Shown one piece after another: positions 21,706 to 30,695 of a stretch of DNA of 58,999 bases (position 1 is the stretch's first letter; each line of letters starts with the position of its first letter). Under the pieces are notes generated by a model that ran no database searches, was not told the DNA's origin, and was given only the letters and a program-made list of their open reading frames with translations. Both the position numbers and the translations under genes were made by a program. Where the stretch lies: positions 1 to 58,999 of the forward strand of contig JAHJDJ010000372.1 in NCBI GenBank assembly GCA_018812585.1, given 5' to 3'. Source of the DNA: a bacterium (GTDB lineage Bacteria > Electryoneota > B3-LCP).

Positions 21706-22533
21706 ATGACTTTAGAGCGGTTGGTTAAATTTTCTCTTGAAGAAGACCTCGGAAGTGGCGATATTACAACTGAGTTAACTGTCGATGCTGAAAAAATCGG
21801 TTCAGCGGCTGTTGTAGTAAAATCAAAGGGAGTTCTGTCTGGAACTGAAGCATTTATCGAGGTGTTCAGACAATTAGACAGCAAGTTGGAAATTACCTGG
21901 CATTATCACGACGGCGACCGTATAAACACAGCTGATTCCCTTTGCATTATCATTGGATCTATTGCCTCCATTTTGAAAGGGGAGAGAACGGCGCTGAATT
22001 TCCTGGGACGGCTATCGGGCACAGCATCTTTGACCCAGAGATTTGTGGATGCAGTCGAGGGCACGAAAGCTGTCATTCTTGATACGCGGAAAACCACACC
22101 GCTATTGCGGATGCTGGAGAAAGCCGCGGTGCGCCACGGCGGCGGGCAGAATCATCGTATTGGTCTTTATGATATGGTGCTTATCAAGGATAACCACGAA
22201 GTTGGCGCGGGTGGAATAAAAGCCGCCTTAGAGCGTGTCATAGCAGGCAATAAGAAGGGGATTCAGATCGAGATCGAGGTACAGTCCCTGGAGCAATTGG
22301 ACCAGGCACTGTCTTATGATATTGACAGAGTATTATTGGATAACTTCAGCCTGGAAATGATTGCGCAGGCTGTGAAAATAACAGCCGGAAGAATACCCTT
22401 GGAAGTTTCAGGCAATGTCACTCTTGAGAGTGTGCGGCAAATTGCTGAAACAGGTGTCGATTACATCTCTATCGGAGCTCTGACTCATTCCGCGCCCTGT
22501 ACAGATTTTTCAATGCTGATTAATTATGGATAA
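21706..22533 (+). CDS. nadC: Nicotinate-nucleotide pyrophosphorylase [carboxylating] (quinolinate phosphoribosyltransferase)
   Basis: ATG 1 nt after the pcrA stop; NadC-type sequence throughout (ERLVKFSLEEDLGSGDITT ... LDNFS ... ). Confidence 0.85.
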   Translation: MTLERLVKFSLEEDLGSGDITTELTVDAEKIGSAAVVVKSKGVLSGTEAFIEVFRQLDSKLEITWHYHDGDRINTADSLCIIIGSIASILKGERTALNFLGRLSGTASLTQRFVDAVEGTKAVILDTRKTTPLLRMLEKAAVRHGGGQNHRIGLYDMVLIKDNHEVGAGGIKAALERVIAGNKKGIQIEIEVQSLEQLDQALSYDIDRVLLDNFSLEMIAQAVKITAGRIPLEVSGNVTLESVRQIAETGVDYISIGALTHSAPCTDFSMLINYG

Positions 22534-25150
22534 TCGCGATTTTAACATCTTAGTAGGAGATTCCGATCCGGAAACTGTCAACAGCATCAAACGGACTCTT
22601 CAGGAAGAGAAGTTTGGCGTCTGGACATCCTCCGAGCCTGGCGGTGTTTTGCGCATCATCGAATCGGGCAAAATTGATCTGATCATCCTGGACGTTAAAA
22701 TCTACGCTCAACTGGTGCATCACGAGTTCAAAATCGAAACGCGTGATGAACGAGATCCTCCGGTCATCATCTTGACAACTGATGAGGATTTCAACTTTAC
22801 CGTTGAAGCTATTAAAGGGGGCGCGGTTGACTTCTTAGACAAGCCGATCCGCGTCAAAAGACTGCTGATTACGATTCGTAATGCATTATTGCACAGCAGT
22901 AAATTAAAGCAGATGCGTCACGATCAGGAAGAACTGGCTTCACTAAAGGAGCTCTACGAACGCATCATTAACGGTATTGACTATGGTCTGGTTGTCATTG
23001 ATAAAGATTTACGAATTGAGTCGATAAACGAGCCCCAAAGGCGTAAACGTCGGCAGATTGGCATTGATCCGTTGGGACTGCCCTGTCATTCCTACTTCTA
23101 CGACAGTGAAACGATCTGTGATGACTGCCGTATTCAGGAGGTCTTCGAGAAAGGCCGTCCCGTAAAATATAATCTGGTCAACCGAGCGGTTGGCGGATTT
23201 AATTACTACCTTGAGGTTGAGGCTTTTCCGCTGTTTGATACTAAAGGCGAAGTGGTGCGCGTGGTCCAGTTGATAAAAGACGTCACCGAAAGAGTTCAAC
23301 TGGAAAAAGAACTCTGGATGAAGAAGGAGTATCTTGAAAATCTGGTTCGGCACGCTCCTATCGGTATCTTCACAACCGATTGCGACGGATTCATCAGAAC
23401 AGCAAATCCCGCAATTGCAAAATTAATGGGGGTAAAGAGCCCCAACGATGCGATTGGTATCAATGTCCTGGAATCAACAGATTTCAAGAATCTGGGCTTA
23501 GACCGCGGCTTCCGGAGAGTGCTGGAAAAAGGCGATACCTATGAAATTGAAGCGCTGAATTGCCGTCAGCTTTGGAATAGAGATACGATTTGCTCATTAT
23601 TAACAGTGCCGCTGCGTGGGGGAGACGACGAAGTCACCGGCCTTATAGCGACCCTCACAGACGTCACTGAAAAGTGGCAGTTGGAAGAGAGCTACCTGAA
23701 GCGGATCACCGAGCTTTCGATTTTCAAGGAGATCGGAGAACTACTGCAAGCTTCAAACGATTTATCTGACATTTACCATATTGCCTTGATCGGTGTAACG
23801 GCTGGCCGAGCGTTAGGATTTCATCGTGCTTTCCTGTTGCGCTATGACCGGGATGAGAATGTGTTGATCGGCGAAAAAGCCATCGGCCCATCTGATGCCG
23901 ATGAAGCCGGAAAGATTTGGAGTGACGTTTACCAAAAAGACCTGACGCTGGCTGAGATATTTGAAGATCATCGCAAGAGTCCCGTTGACATAAATGTCAA
24001 AGTCAATCAGATTATTGAAGGCTGGCGAATACCTATGACCTGGGAGGAAGGCTTCTTCCATGACGTCTTGTATAAGGGTCAGCCGCAAAAAGTCGATCTG
24101 CGGCAGCAGCCCATTACTGCTGATTTAAGACTGATATCAGAAGAAATCGGATCGACTAAGTTTGCTGCCGCACAGATTTCCAGCCGCGGCAGAGTTGAGG
24201 GTATGATTATCGCTGATAACGCCATCACCGGAGAAGAGATCACCGATGAAGATGTAAACCGGTTAAGCATCATCACCAACCAGGTGGGAACTGCAATTGA
24301 AAATTCACAGTTGTTGAAGAGCCTGGAAGAAAAGGTGAAAGCTCTACGAAAAGCCTATCAGGCGCTGCAGGAAAACCGCGATCTTTTACTCAGAGCTGAG
24401 CGGCTTTCTGTCGTTGGCGAAGTAGCTGCATCCGTTGCCCACGAAATCAGAAATCCATTAACCTCGATCGGCGGCTTCACCCGGGCGATTCTACGAGATC
24501 TTGAAACACCCAAAAAATTGAAGACCAACCAGCGTTTTTTGAAGATCATCCTTGAAGAAGTTAAGCGCCTGGAGCGCATCGTCAACGAGACACTGGGATT
24601 TGTCAGACCGGTAACGCCGCGTTTCGTTTATGCTGACCTGAATAAAATCATTGATCAGACCTTCAGTATGATGTCTGGCGAAATCGATGAAAAAAGAATC
24701 GTTATCACCAAGGACTTCCAGAAAGGGTTAGCCTCTGTATGGATGGATGCAGATCAGATTCGCCAGGTGCTGATGAATTTATTCCGCAACGCCATCCATG
24801 CCATGCAGAACGGCGGGATGTTGTCCATCATCACCACGGGTGATGATGATTACGTCAAGGCACACATCTCTGACACGGGACATGGCATCCCTGAGGAACA
24901 TAAGACGAAGTTGTTTAAAGCATTTTTTACGACAAAATCTACTGGATCAGGTTTGGGATTGACCATCTCGAACCAGATAATAAAGAACCACGCTGGCACG
25001 ATCGAAGTCGAGAGCAGCGAAGGTGAAGGAACAACTTTTATCATTACGCTGCCGGTGCGCGGCGGGGAGGACGAAGTTGAAAAAGAGAATTCTGGTCGTA
25101 GACGACGAACCGAATCTGCGCCTTCTTTATCAGGAGGAACTAAAGACTGA
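22526..25150 (+). CDS. Multi-sensor hybrid histidine kinase: N-terminal receiver-like domain, PAS/PAC domains, GAF domain, HisKA + HATPase_c
   Basis: N-terminal receiver features (ILVGDSD, DLIILD, DKP); H-box SVAHEIRNPLTSIGGF; ATPase boxes N (LFRNAIHA), G1 (DTGHGIP), G2 (GSGLGLTIS); 8-nt overlap with nadC. Confidence 0.85.
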   Translation: MDNRDFNILVGDSDPETVNSIKRTLQEEKFGVWTSSEPGGVLRIIESGKIDLIILDVKIYAQLVHHEFKIETRDERDPPVIILTTDEDFNFTVEAIKGGAVDFLDKPIRVKRLLITIRNALLHSSKLKQMRHDQEELASLKELYERIINGIDYGLVVIDKDLRIESINEPQRRKRRQIGIDPLGLPCHSYFYDSETICDDCRIQEVFEKGRPVKYNLVNRAVGGFNYYLEVEAFPLFDTKGEVVRVVQLIKDVTERVQLEKELWMKKEYLENLVRHAPIGIFTTDCDGFIRTANPAIAKLMGVKSPNDAIGINVLESTDFKNLGLDRGFRRVLEKGDTYEIEALNCRQLWNRDTICSLLTVPLRGGDDEVTGLIATLTDVTEKWQLEESYLKRITELSIFKEIGELLQASNDLSDIYHIALIGVTAGRALGFHRAFLLRYDRDENVLIGEKAIGPSDADEAGKIWSDVYQKDLTLAEIFEDHRKSPVDINVKVNQIIEGWRIPMTWEEGFFHDVLYKGQPQKVDLRQQPITADLRLISEEIGSTKFAAAQISSRGRVEGMIIADNAITGEEITDEDVNRLSIITNQVGTAIENSQLLKSLEEKVKALRKAYQALQENRDLLLRAERLSVVGEVAASVAHEIRNPLTSIGGFTRAILRDLETPKKLKTNQRFLKIILEEVKRLERIVNETLGFVRPVTPRFVYADLNKIIDQTFSMMSGEIDEKRIVITKDFQKGLASVWMDADQIRQVLMNLFRNAIHAMQNGGMLSIITTGDDDYVKAHISDTGHGIPEEHKTKLFKAFFTTKSTGSGLGLTISNQIIKNHAGTIEVESSEGEGTTFIITLPVRGGEDEVEKENSGRRRRTESAPSLSGGTKD

Positions 25151-25430
25151 AGGATACGAGGTCGACGTCGTTGAATCGGCTGAAGCGACCTTCAAAGCGT
25201 TGGACGAGAAGAAGTACGACGTTGTTATCCTGGACATTCAGATGCCGGGAATGAACGGTCTGGAGGCGATGGGTCACATCCTCCATAAGCACCGTAATCA
25301 GGCAATCATTTTAAATACAGCTTACTCGCAATTCAAGGATGACTTTGAATCCTGGTCTGCCGATGCTTATGTTGTCAAATCGAGCGATTTGACCGAGCTG
25401 AAAAATAAAATACGAGATCTCACGAGCTGA
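25077..25430 (+). CDS. Single-domain CheY-like response regulator
   Basis: KRILVVDDE ... VVILDIQMPGMNG ... K receiver motifs. GGGGAGGA SD 6 nt upstream of the TTG at 25077, which makes that the best start; it overlaps the 3' end of the kinase gene by 74 nt. Confidence 0.75.
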   Translation: MKKRILVVDDEPNLRLLYQEELKTEGYEVDVVESAEATFKALDEKKYDVVILDIQMPGMNGLEAMGHILHKHRNQAIILNTAYSQFKDDFESWSADAYVVKSSDLTELKNKIRDLTS

Positions 25431-27571
25431 TGCCCGGGAAACTGAACGTATCTTTCCTCTGGCATATGCACCAGCCCTACTATCGTGATCCTAATACGGG
25501 ACGTTACGCCATGCCCTGGGTAAGGCTGCACGCCACCAAGGGTTATCTCGACATGATAGAGGCTGTGCTGCGTTTCGGTGGAAAGGGAGTCACATTCAAT
25601 ATTGTGCCCAGTCTGTTGCTCCAGCTTAACGATTTAGCTGAGGGTCAGGATGAGGACGATTATCTACGCTTGTCATTGAAAACGCCGGATCAATTGGAAC
25701 CAGTCGAGAAAGGGACCATTTTACGTCATTTCTTTTCTGCGAATCATGATAACCTGGTGCTGCCTTATAGACGCTATAAGAAGTTACTGCAAAAAAGAGG
25801 TTTTGATCTTTCGCATCAGGGGATAGACGCAGCCGTCAAACGCTTCAATGAGACAGATTTCCGCGATCTGCAGGTATGGTTCAATCTGACCTGGTTCGGT
25901 TGGGCGGCAGGCGAGAAATACGACTTGCTGCGCGCACTCAAGAAAAAGGGGCAGGATTTTACTGAAGACGAGAAAGTTTCGCTTTTAGATTTGCAGCGAG
26001 AAGTTTTGGGAAATATTATTTCTACTTACAAAGGCGCCTGGGACCAGGGTCTTATCGATATTTCCACGTCGCCTTTTTATCATCCCATCTTGCCACTGCT
26101 CATTGACAATCGATCAGCTAAGATTTCTCAGCCGCGAGATCCAATGCCTGAGGAGCTTTTCCAACGCCCTGAAGATGCAGAGATTCAGCTTAAACGGGCT
26201 CGGAAATATATCAAATCTCAATTCGGCAGATACCCGACAGGATTATGGCCCAGTGAAGGATCGGTCAGCCCTGCCGCTTGCGAATTAGCAGCCGAAGCTG
26301 ACTTCAAATGGCTGGGCACCGACGAGCGAATCCTGATGGCGACTCTGCCCGGTTTGAAGCGCGAAGAGATTATTTACAGCGGCTATAAAACCAGGGATGA
26401 TGGTCCCACAATTTATTTTCGCGATCAAGGACTTTCGGATGCCATTGGTTTTCGTTATGCCAAGAATCCATCTAAACGGTCTGTTGCTGATTTTATCGGG
26501 CATCTGGAGATGATCGCAGCTTCGTTCAAGAGTCCGGAAGAACACATCGTTTCTGTCATTCTTGATGGGGAGAATGCCTGGGAATATTTCCCAGATGGTG
26601 GAAAGGCTTTTTTTGAGGAGCTCTACGGCAGATTGCAGAATCATAAGAATGTTCAACTGACATCATTCAGTGATTTTAGTACAAAACAGCAGGAGCATAA
26701 GGTATTACCACCTATATTTCCAGCATCCTGGATTAACGGGTCCTTCCGCATTTGGATTGGTGAGCCTATCAAGAATATAGCTTGGGATCATTTAGCCAAA
26801 GCAGCGAAGCTGATCGGAGAGCATGAAAAACAAAAACCGAAACCGAAGGGATTAAAAAAGATAAAAGAGTTGCTTTACATCGCTGAAGGAAGTGATTGGT
26901 TCTGGTGGTATGGGACACCTAATTCTTCCGACTTTGATGCAGAATTCGATTATCTGTTTCGAGCTAATTTATTGCAGATATATAGTTCCTTGGGTGTGGA
27001 ACCGCCTGATGAGTTAAAACAACCTCTGGTCGGTGAAACGCTCCCTGTAGAGTTTAAGGATTTCTTTCCAATTCATCCTATTATAGACGGTAAAGAGACA
27101 CACTATTATGAATGGCTCGGCGCGGTAAAGATTACGTCGGGGGATTATTCCGGAGCGATGAATATTGGCAAGACGTTTATTACGAAGTTATTTTACGGGT
27201 TATCTGAAAATCACCTGTTTATCAGAGTAGACGCGCCGGCAGAATTCTGGTCGACTACTGGGCAGGAGATCATCATTCAGGTGGAGAGGGAGCGGCAGTC
27301 GGCTGTATCGATTCGAAATCTGCAAAACACGGACGATCTACTGATTAACTGGCAGGGCGAATTACCACCGAAAGAAATGCCAGAGGCGGCTTTGGATCGC
27401 TGTCTGGAAATCCAGATTCCATTCGCCAATTTTTCCTGTCCTGATCAGCGTATAAAGTTTGCAATTTGTGTTAAAAGAAATAATTTGGAGATAGAGCGAT
27501 GGCCTCGTGAAGGCGGTTTCGCCTGTCCCTGTCCCTCTGACGAGTTGTTCGGTTCAAATTGGTTAGTATAA
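25430..27571 (+). CDS. Glycoside hydrolase family 57 enzyme (alpha-amylase / 4-alpha-glucanotransferase type) with C-terminal domain
   Basis: N-terminal GH57 signature VSFLWHMHQPYY; 713 aa; start overlaps the RR stop (TGATG). Confidence 0.8.
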   Translation: MPGKLNVSFLWHMHQPYYRDPNTGRYAMPWVRLHATKGYLDMIEAVLRFGGKGVTFNIVPSLLLQLNDLAEGQDEDDYLRLSLKTPDQLEPVEKGTILRHFFSANHDNLVLPYRRYKKLLQKRGFDLSHQGIDAAVKRFNETDFRDLQVWFNLTWFGWAAGEKYDLLRALKKKGQDFTEDEKVSLLDLQREVLGNIISTYKGAWDQGLIDISTSPFYHPILPLLIDNRSAKISQPRDPMPEELFQRPEDAEIQLKRARKYIKSQFGRYPTGLWPSEGSVSPAACELAAEADFKWLGTDERILMATLPGLKREEIIYSGYKTRDDGPTIYFRDQGLSDAIGFRYAKNPSKRSVADFIGHLEMIAASFKSPEEHIVSVILDGENAWEYFPDGGKAFFEELYGRLQNHKNVQLTSFSDFSTKQQEHKVLPPIFPASWINGSFRIWIGEPIKNIAWDHLAKAAKLIGEHEKQKPKPKGLKKIKELLYIAEGSDWFWWYGTPNSSDFDAEFDYLFRANLLQIYSSLGVEPPDELKQPLVGETLPVEFKDFFPIHPIIDGKETHYYEWLGAVKITSGDYSGAMNIGKTFITKLFYGLSENHLFIRVDAPAEFWSTTGQEIIIQVERERQSAVSIRNLQNTDDLLINWQGELPPKEMPEAALDRCLEIQIPFANFSCPDQRIKFAICVKRNNLEIERWPREGGFACPCPSDELFGSNWLV

Positions 27572-27583
27572 AGGAAGTTTAGT

Positions 27584-29317
27584 ATGAAGCCTATCGGCGC
27601 TTTTAGTTTGGTTCTGCATTCCCATCTGCCCTATGTGTTGTCACATGGAAAATGGCCGCATGGCATGGATTGGCTGAATGAAGCAGCGGCCGAGACTTAT
27701 CTGCCCCTGCTGAAAACGTTTAACGATCTCGTTGCTGAAGGACATTCGCCCAAAGTGACCATCGGCATTTCACCGGTTTTATGCGAGCAGTTGTCCGATC
27801 CCGTCTTCAAGCAGGATTTTAAATCCTACCTGGCGATGAAGATCGAATCTGCGAAGATAGATCGCACCGCTTTCGAAAAAGTCGGTGATGACAAAATGAT
27901 CCGGCTGGCTGATGATTGGATTATCTTTTATCAGCAGATCCATGATGATTTCTTTCAGAAGTATGACACGGATATTCTGGGAGCTTTTCGTAAGTTGCAG
28001 GATGATGGTCAATTAGAAATCATCACCTGTGCCGCGACCCATGGTTATCTGCCTTTGCTGTACGAGGATGCCGCCATCAACGCTCAAGTCAAGCAGGCTG
28101 TGGTCAGCTATGAACGTTTCTTCGAGCGAAAGCCGCAGGGAATCTGGCTGCCTGAATGCGCCTACCGTCCTTATCATCATGACTGGAAGTCTCCCCTGGG
28201 TGAGGATACCCCGCGTACCCGTTTCGGGGTGGAAGAATTCCTGGATAAACATGGATTACGGTTCTTCTATGTCGATTCCCATATGATCGAAGGCGGGAAG
28301 GCATTGGGTGTTTATCTGGAGCGTTTTGAAGCTCTTAAAAAGTACTATGAGCAGTTCGACGGTAGTTACACGAACTTGAAGGACGAGTTCAAACGCAATC
28401 CCTATCAGGGATATATGGTCAAGTCCCGCGATCAATTTGAAGGACAGATCTACTGTTTCATACGTGATCCGAAGACTAGCTTGCAAGTTTGGTCTGGGGA
28501 ACACGGCTATCCCGGCGATGGTCAATATCTGGACTTCCATAAGAAGCACTACCCAGGTGGCCATCGATACTGGCGTGTAACCTCAGCGCAAGCTGATCTG
28601 GGACAGAAGGAACTCTACCAACCGGACAACATATATGGACGTCTGGAAGAAAATTCATCTCATTTTAAAAATATGGTAAAACAGATTCTGCAACATGAAG
28701 GTCAGGATGCTGAAGGCCTACCAATCATTTGCTCTCCGTTCGATACAGAACTGTTTGGGCACTGGTGGTTTGAAGGTCCTCGATGGATTTATAAGACTCT
28801 AAAGCTGCTCGCTAAAGATCCAGAAATAAAATTAATGACTGGCAGTGAATATTTGAACCAGGTGGATACCTACCGCGTAGTCAGCCTTCCCGAGGGTTCC
28901 TGGGGTGAAGGCGGCTACCATCATATCTGGTTCAATGAGGACAACCAATGGAGCTGGGAACTCATTTATGCTGCAGAAAAGAAGATGCTGGAAGCTGCAC
29001 GCATGTGGTCGAAACATTCTGATCCTCGCGTACAGGAGGCCTTGAAACAGCTTGCCCGTGAATTACTTCTGCTGGAAAGCTCTGACTGGCAGTTCTTGAT
29101 TTCTACGGTGGCTGCGCGGGATTACGCTGAAACGAGGATAGTTGGACACCATCTCGATTTCACGAGAGTATATGAACTGATCGAAAAGCTGGTCAACGGA
29201 GAAGAGCCGGACGCAGAAGCATGGCAGCACTACCAGGACGTCTGCACCCGGGATACTCTCTTTCCGAACATCGATCCTTCCTGGTGGGAAGGTTATGATC
29301 TGCCTGAAGAAAAATAA
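27584..29317 (+). CDS. GH57-family 1,4-alpha-glucan branching enzyme (DUF1957-containing type)
   Basis: N-terminal FSLVLHSHLPYV signature of GH57 branching enzymes; 577 aa. Confidence 0.75.
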   Translation: MKPIGAFSLVLHSHLPYVLSHGKWPHGMDWLNEAAAETYLPLLKTFNDLVAEGHSPKVTIGISPVLCEQLSDPVFKQDFKSYLAMKIESAKIDRTAFEKVGDDKMIRLADDWIIFYQQIHDDFFQKYDTDILGAFRKLQDDGQLEIITCAATHGYLPLLYEDAAINAQVKQAVVSYERFFERKPQGIWLPECAYRPYHHDWKSPLGEDTPRTRFGVEEFLDKHGLRFFYVDSHMIEGGKALGVYLERFEALKKYYEQFDGSYTNLKDEFKRNPYQGYMVKSRDQFEGQIYCFIRDPKTSLQVWSGEHGYPGDGQYLDFHKKHYPGGHRYWRVTSAQADLGQKELYQPDNIYGRLEENSSHFKNMVKQILQHEGQDAEGLPIICSPFDTELFGHWWFEGPRWIYKTLKLLAKDPEIKLMTGSEYLNQVDTYRVVSLPEGSWGEGGYHHIWFNEDNQWSWELIYAAEKKMLEAARMWSKHSDPRVQEALKQLARELLLLESSDWQFLISTVAARDYAETRIVGHHLDFTRVYELIEKLVNGEEPDAEAWQHYQDVCTRDTLFPNIDPSWWEGYDLPEEK

Positions 29318-29348
29318 AACTGAATAGATACTATTCACTGGAGGACCA

Positions 29349-30386
29349 ATGCCGGAGTTAAGACACGACCCTATTCAGAGACGCTGGGTAATCATTGCAA
29401 CGGAGCGGGGGAGAAGGCCCTCAGATTTTACAAAACTCGAACCGGATCCACACGGCGGTTTCTGTCCATTCTGCGTTGGAAATGAAGATAAGACGCCTCC
29501 AGAAATTATCGCGATACGAGATCCTGGCACAAAACCAAACACCGTTGGTTGGCAGGCCAGAGTGGTCGCCAACAAGTTTCCTGCGTTGCGCATCGAAGGT
29601 GAAGCTGACCGTGCCGCGGAAGGCATTTATGATAAAATGAACGGCATCGGTGCACATGAAGTCATCATCGAATCCCCCGAACATGAGTTGCATTTAGCGG
29701 ATCAGCCGCTGGATCACTTTAAGAAGATAATGAAACTCTACCAAATGCGCTTAGAGGATTTGAAAAATGATCTTCGCTTCCGGTATGTCCTTATCTTTAA
29801 AAATCAGGGAGTTACGGCTGGCGCATCACTTTCGCATCCTCACACCCAGATAATCGCCACGCCGGTAACACCTCATACTGTTTCCATGGAACTTGAATCA
29901 GCACGCAGGCATTATGAAGTAAAGGAGCGATGCCTGTTTTGTGATATAATTACTCAGGAAGTCCAGAACGAAACGCGCGTAATCAGCGAAATAGACGGCA
30001 TGGTTTCTTTAGCTCCGTTTGCCTCCAGGTTCCCCTTCGAGGTAATGGTCGCTCCGCAGGAGCATTCACATGATTTTACAGAGCTGGATGATGACGGCCT
30101 GATGGCGATTGCGAAATGCTTGAAAGACATCCTGCAGCGCCTGAGATCAGCCCTGAATAACCCACCATATAATTTTGTGCTGCATACTTCACCAAACACT
30201 CACTCTAAAACAAGACGCGGCAATTACTGGCAAACTCTGGAAGCTGATTACCACTGGCATTTTGAAATCATCCCCAGACTGGTGCGAACCGCCGGCTTTG
30301 AGTGGGGTACAGGCTTCTATATCAATCCTACACCACCGGAAGATGCAGCCCATTATTTGCGAGAAATCGAAGTTAGCTTGGAGTGA
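29349..30386 (+). CDS. GalT-type HIT-family nucleotidyltransferase (galactose-1-phosphate uridylyltransferase / ADP-glucose phosphorylase-like)
   Basis: Zinc knuckle CPFCVGNE; active-site motif SLSHPHTQIIA (HxHxQ); 345 aa. Confidence 0.8.
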   Translation: MPELRHDPIQRRWVIIATERGRRPSDFTKLEPDPHGGFCPFCVGNEDKTPPEIIAIRDPGTKPNTVGWQARVVANKFPALRIEGEADRAAEGIYDKMNGIGAHEVIIESPEHELHLADQPLDHFKKIMKLYQMRLEDLKNDLRFRYVLIFKNQGVTAGASLSHPHTQIIATPVTPHTVSMELESARRHYEVKERCLFCDIITQEVQNETRVISEIDGMVSLAPFASRFPFEVMVAPQEHSHDFTELDDDGLMAIAKCLKDILQRLRSALNNPPYNFVLHTSPNTHSKTRRGNYWQTLEADYHWHFEIIPRLVRTAGFEWGTGFYINPTPPEDAAHYLREIEVSLE

Positions 30387-30389
30387 ATC

Positions 30390-30686
30390 ATGGCTACTTG
30401 CAGCATCTCTGTTGTATCCAAAGGTGAAGGAGTTTCCGTCTCGCATATCGTAGCAAAATGTGTCAAAGTTCTGGATCAGTTCCCCGATCTCAGGTGGGAG
30501 CTGACCCCTATGTCGACACAGATCGAAGGACCGGTTGATCGCATTTTCGATGCTCTGCGAGAAATTCATGAAGCTCCTTTCAAAGAGGGCATCCCGCGCG
30601 TCTATACAGTTATTTCCATCGACGACCGACGCGACAAACATCAGACACTCAGCGATAAAGTCGCTGCGGTAAAAAACAGCATGTAA
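30390..30686 (+). CDS. MTH1187/YkoF-family protein (DUF77, thiamin-binding fold)
   Basis: 98 aa; pattern ...ISVVSKGEGVSVSHIVAKCV...PMSTQIEGPVDRIFDAL matches the MTH1187/YkoF family. Confidence 0.6.
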   Translation: MATCSISVVSKGEGVSVSHIVAKCVKVLDQFPDLRWELTPMSTQIEGPVDRIFDALREIHEAPFKEGIPRVYTVISIDDRRDKHQTLSDKVAAVKNSM

Positions 30687-30695
30687 TTTACAAAA

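Noticed and set aside
25023-25076. ATG at 25023 as the CheY start
   Set aside because: It gives an implausible Cys/Arg-rich 18-aa leader and lacks an SD. The TTG at 25077 has GGGGAGGA at the ideal spacing and yields a canonical receiver N-terminus.
25430-29317. The two GH57 ORFs share a reading frame and are separated by only TAA + 4 codons, suggesting one gene split by a nonsense mutation
   Set aside because: Each ORF has its own N-terminal GH57 catalytic-domain signature (WHMHQPYY; HSHLPYV) and its own start codon. They are therefore two distinct paralogous enzymes, and the shared frame is coincidental.
30189-30641. 150-aa minus-strand ORF overlapping the GalT-like and MTH1187 genes
   Set aside because: It lies antisense to two well-supported plus-strand genes and has no recognisable features.
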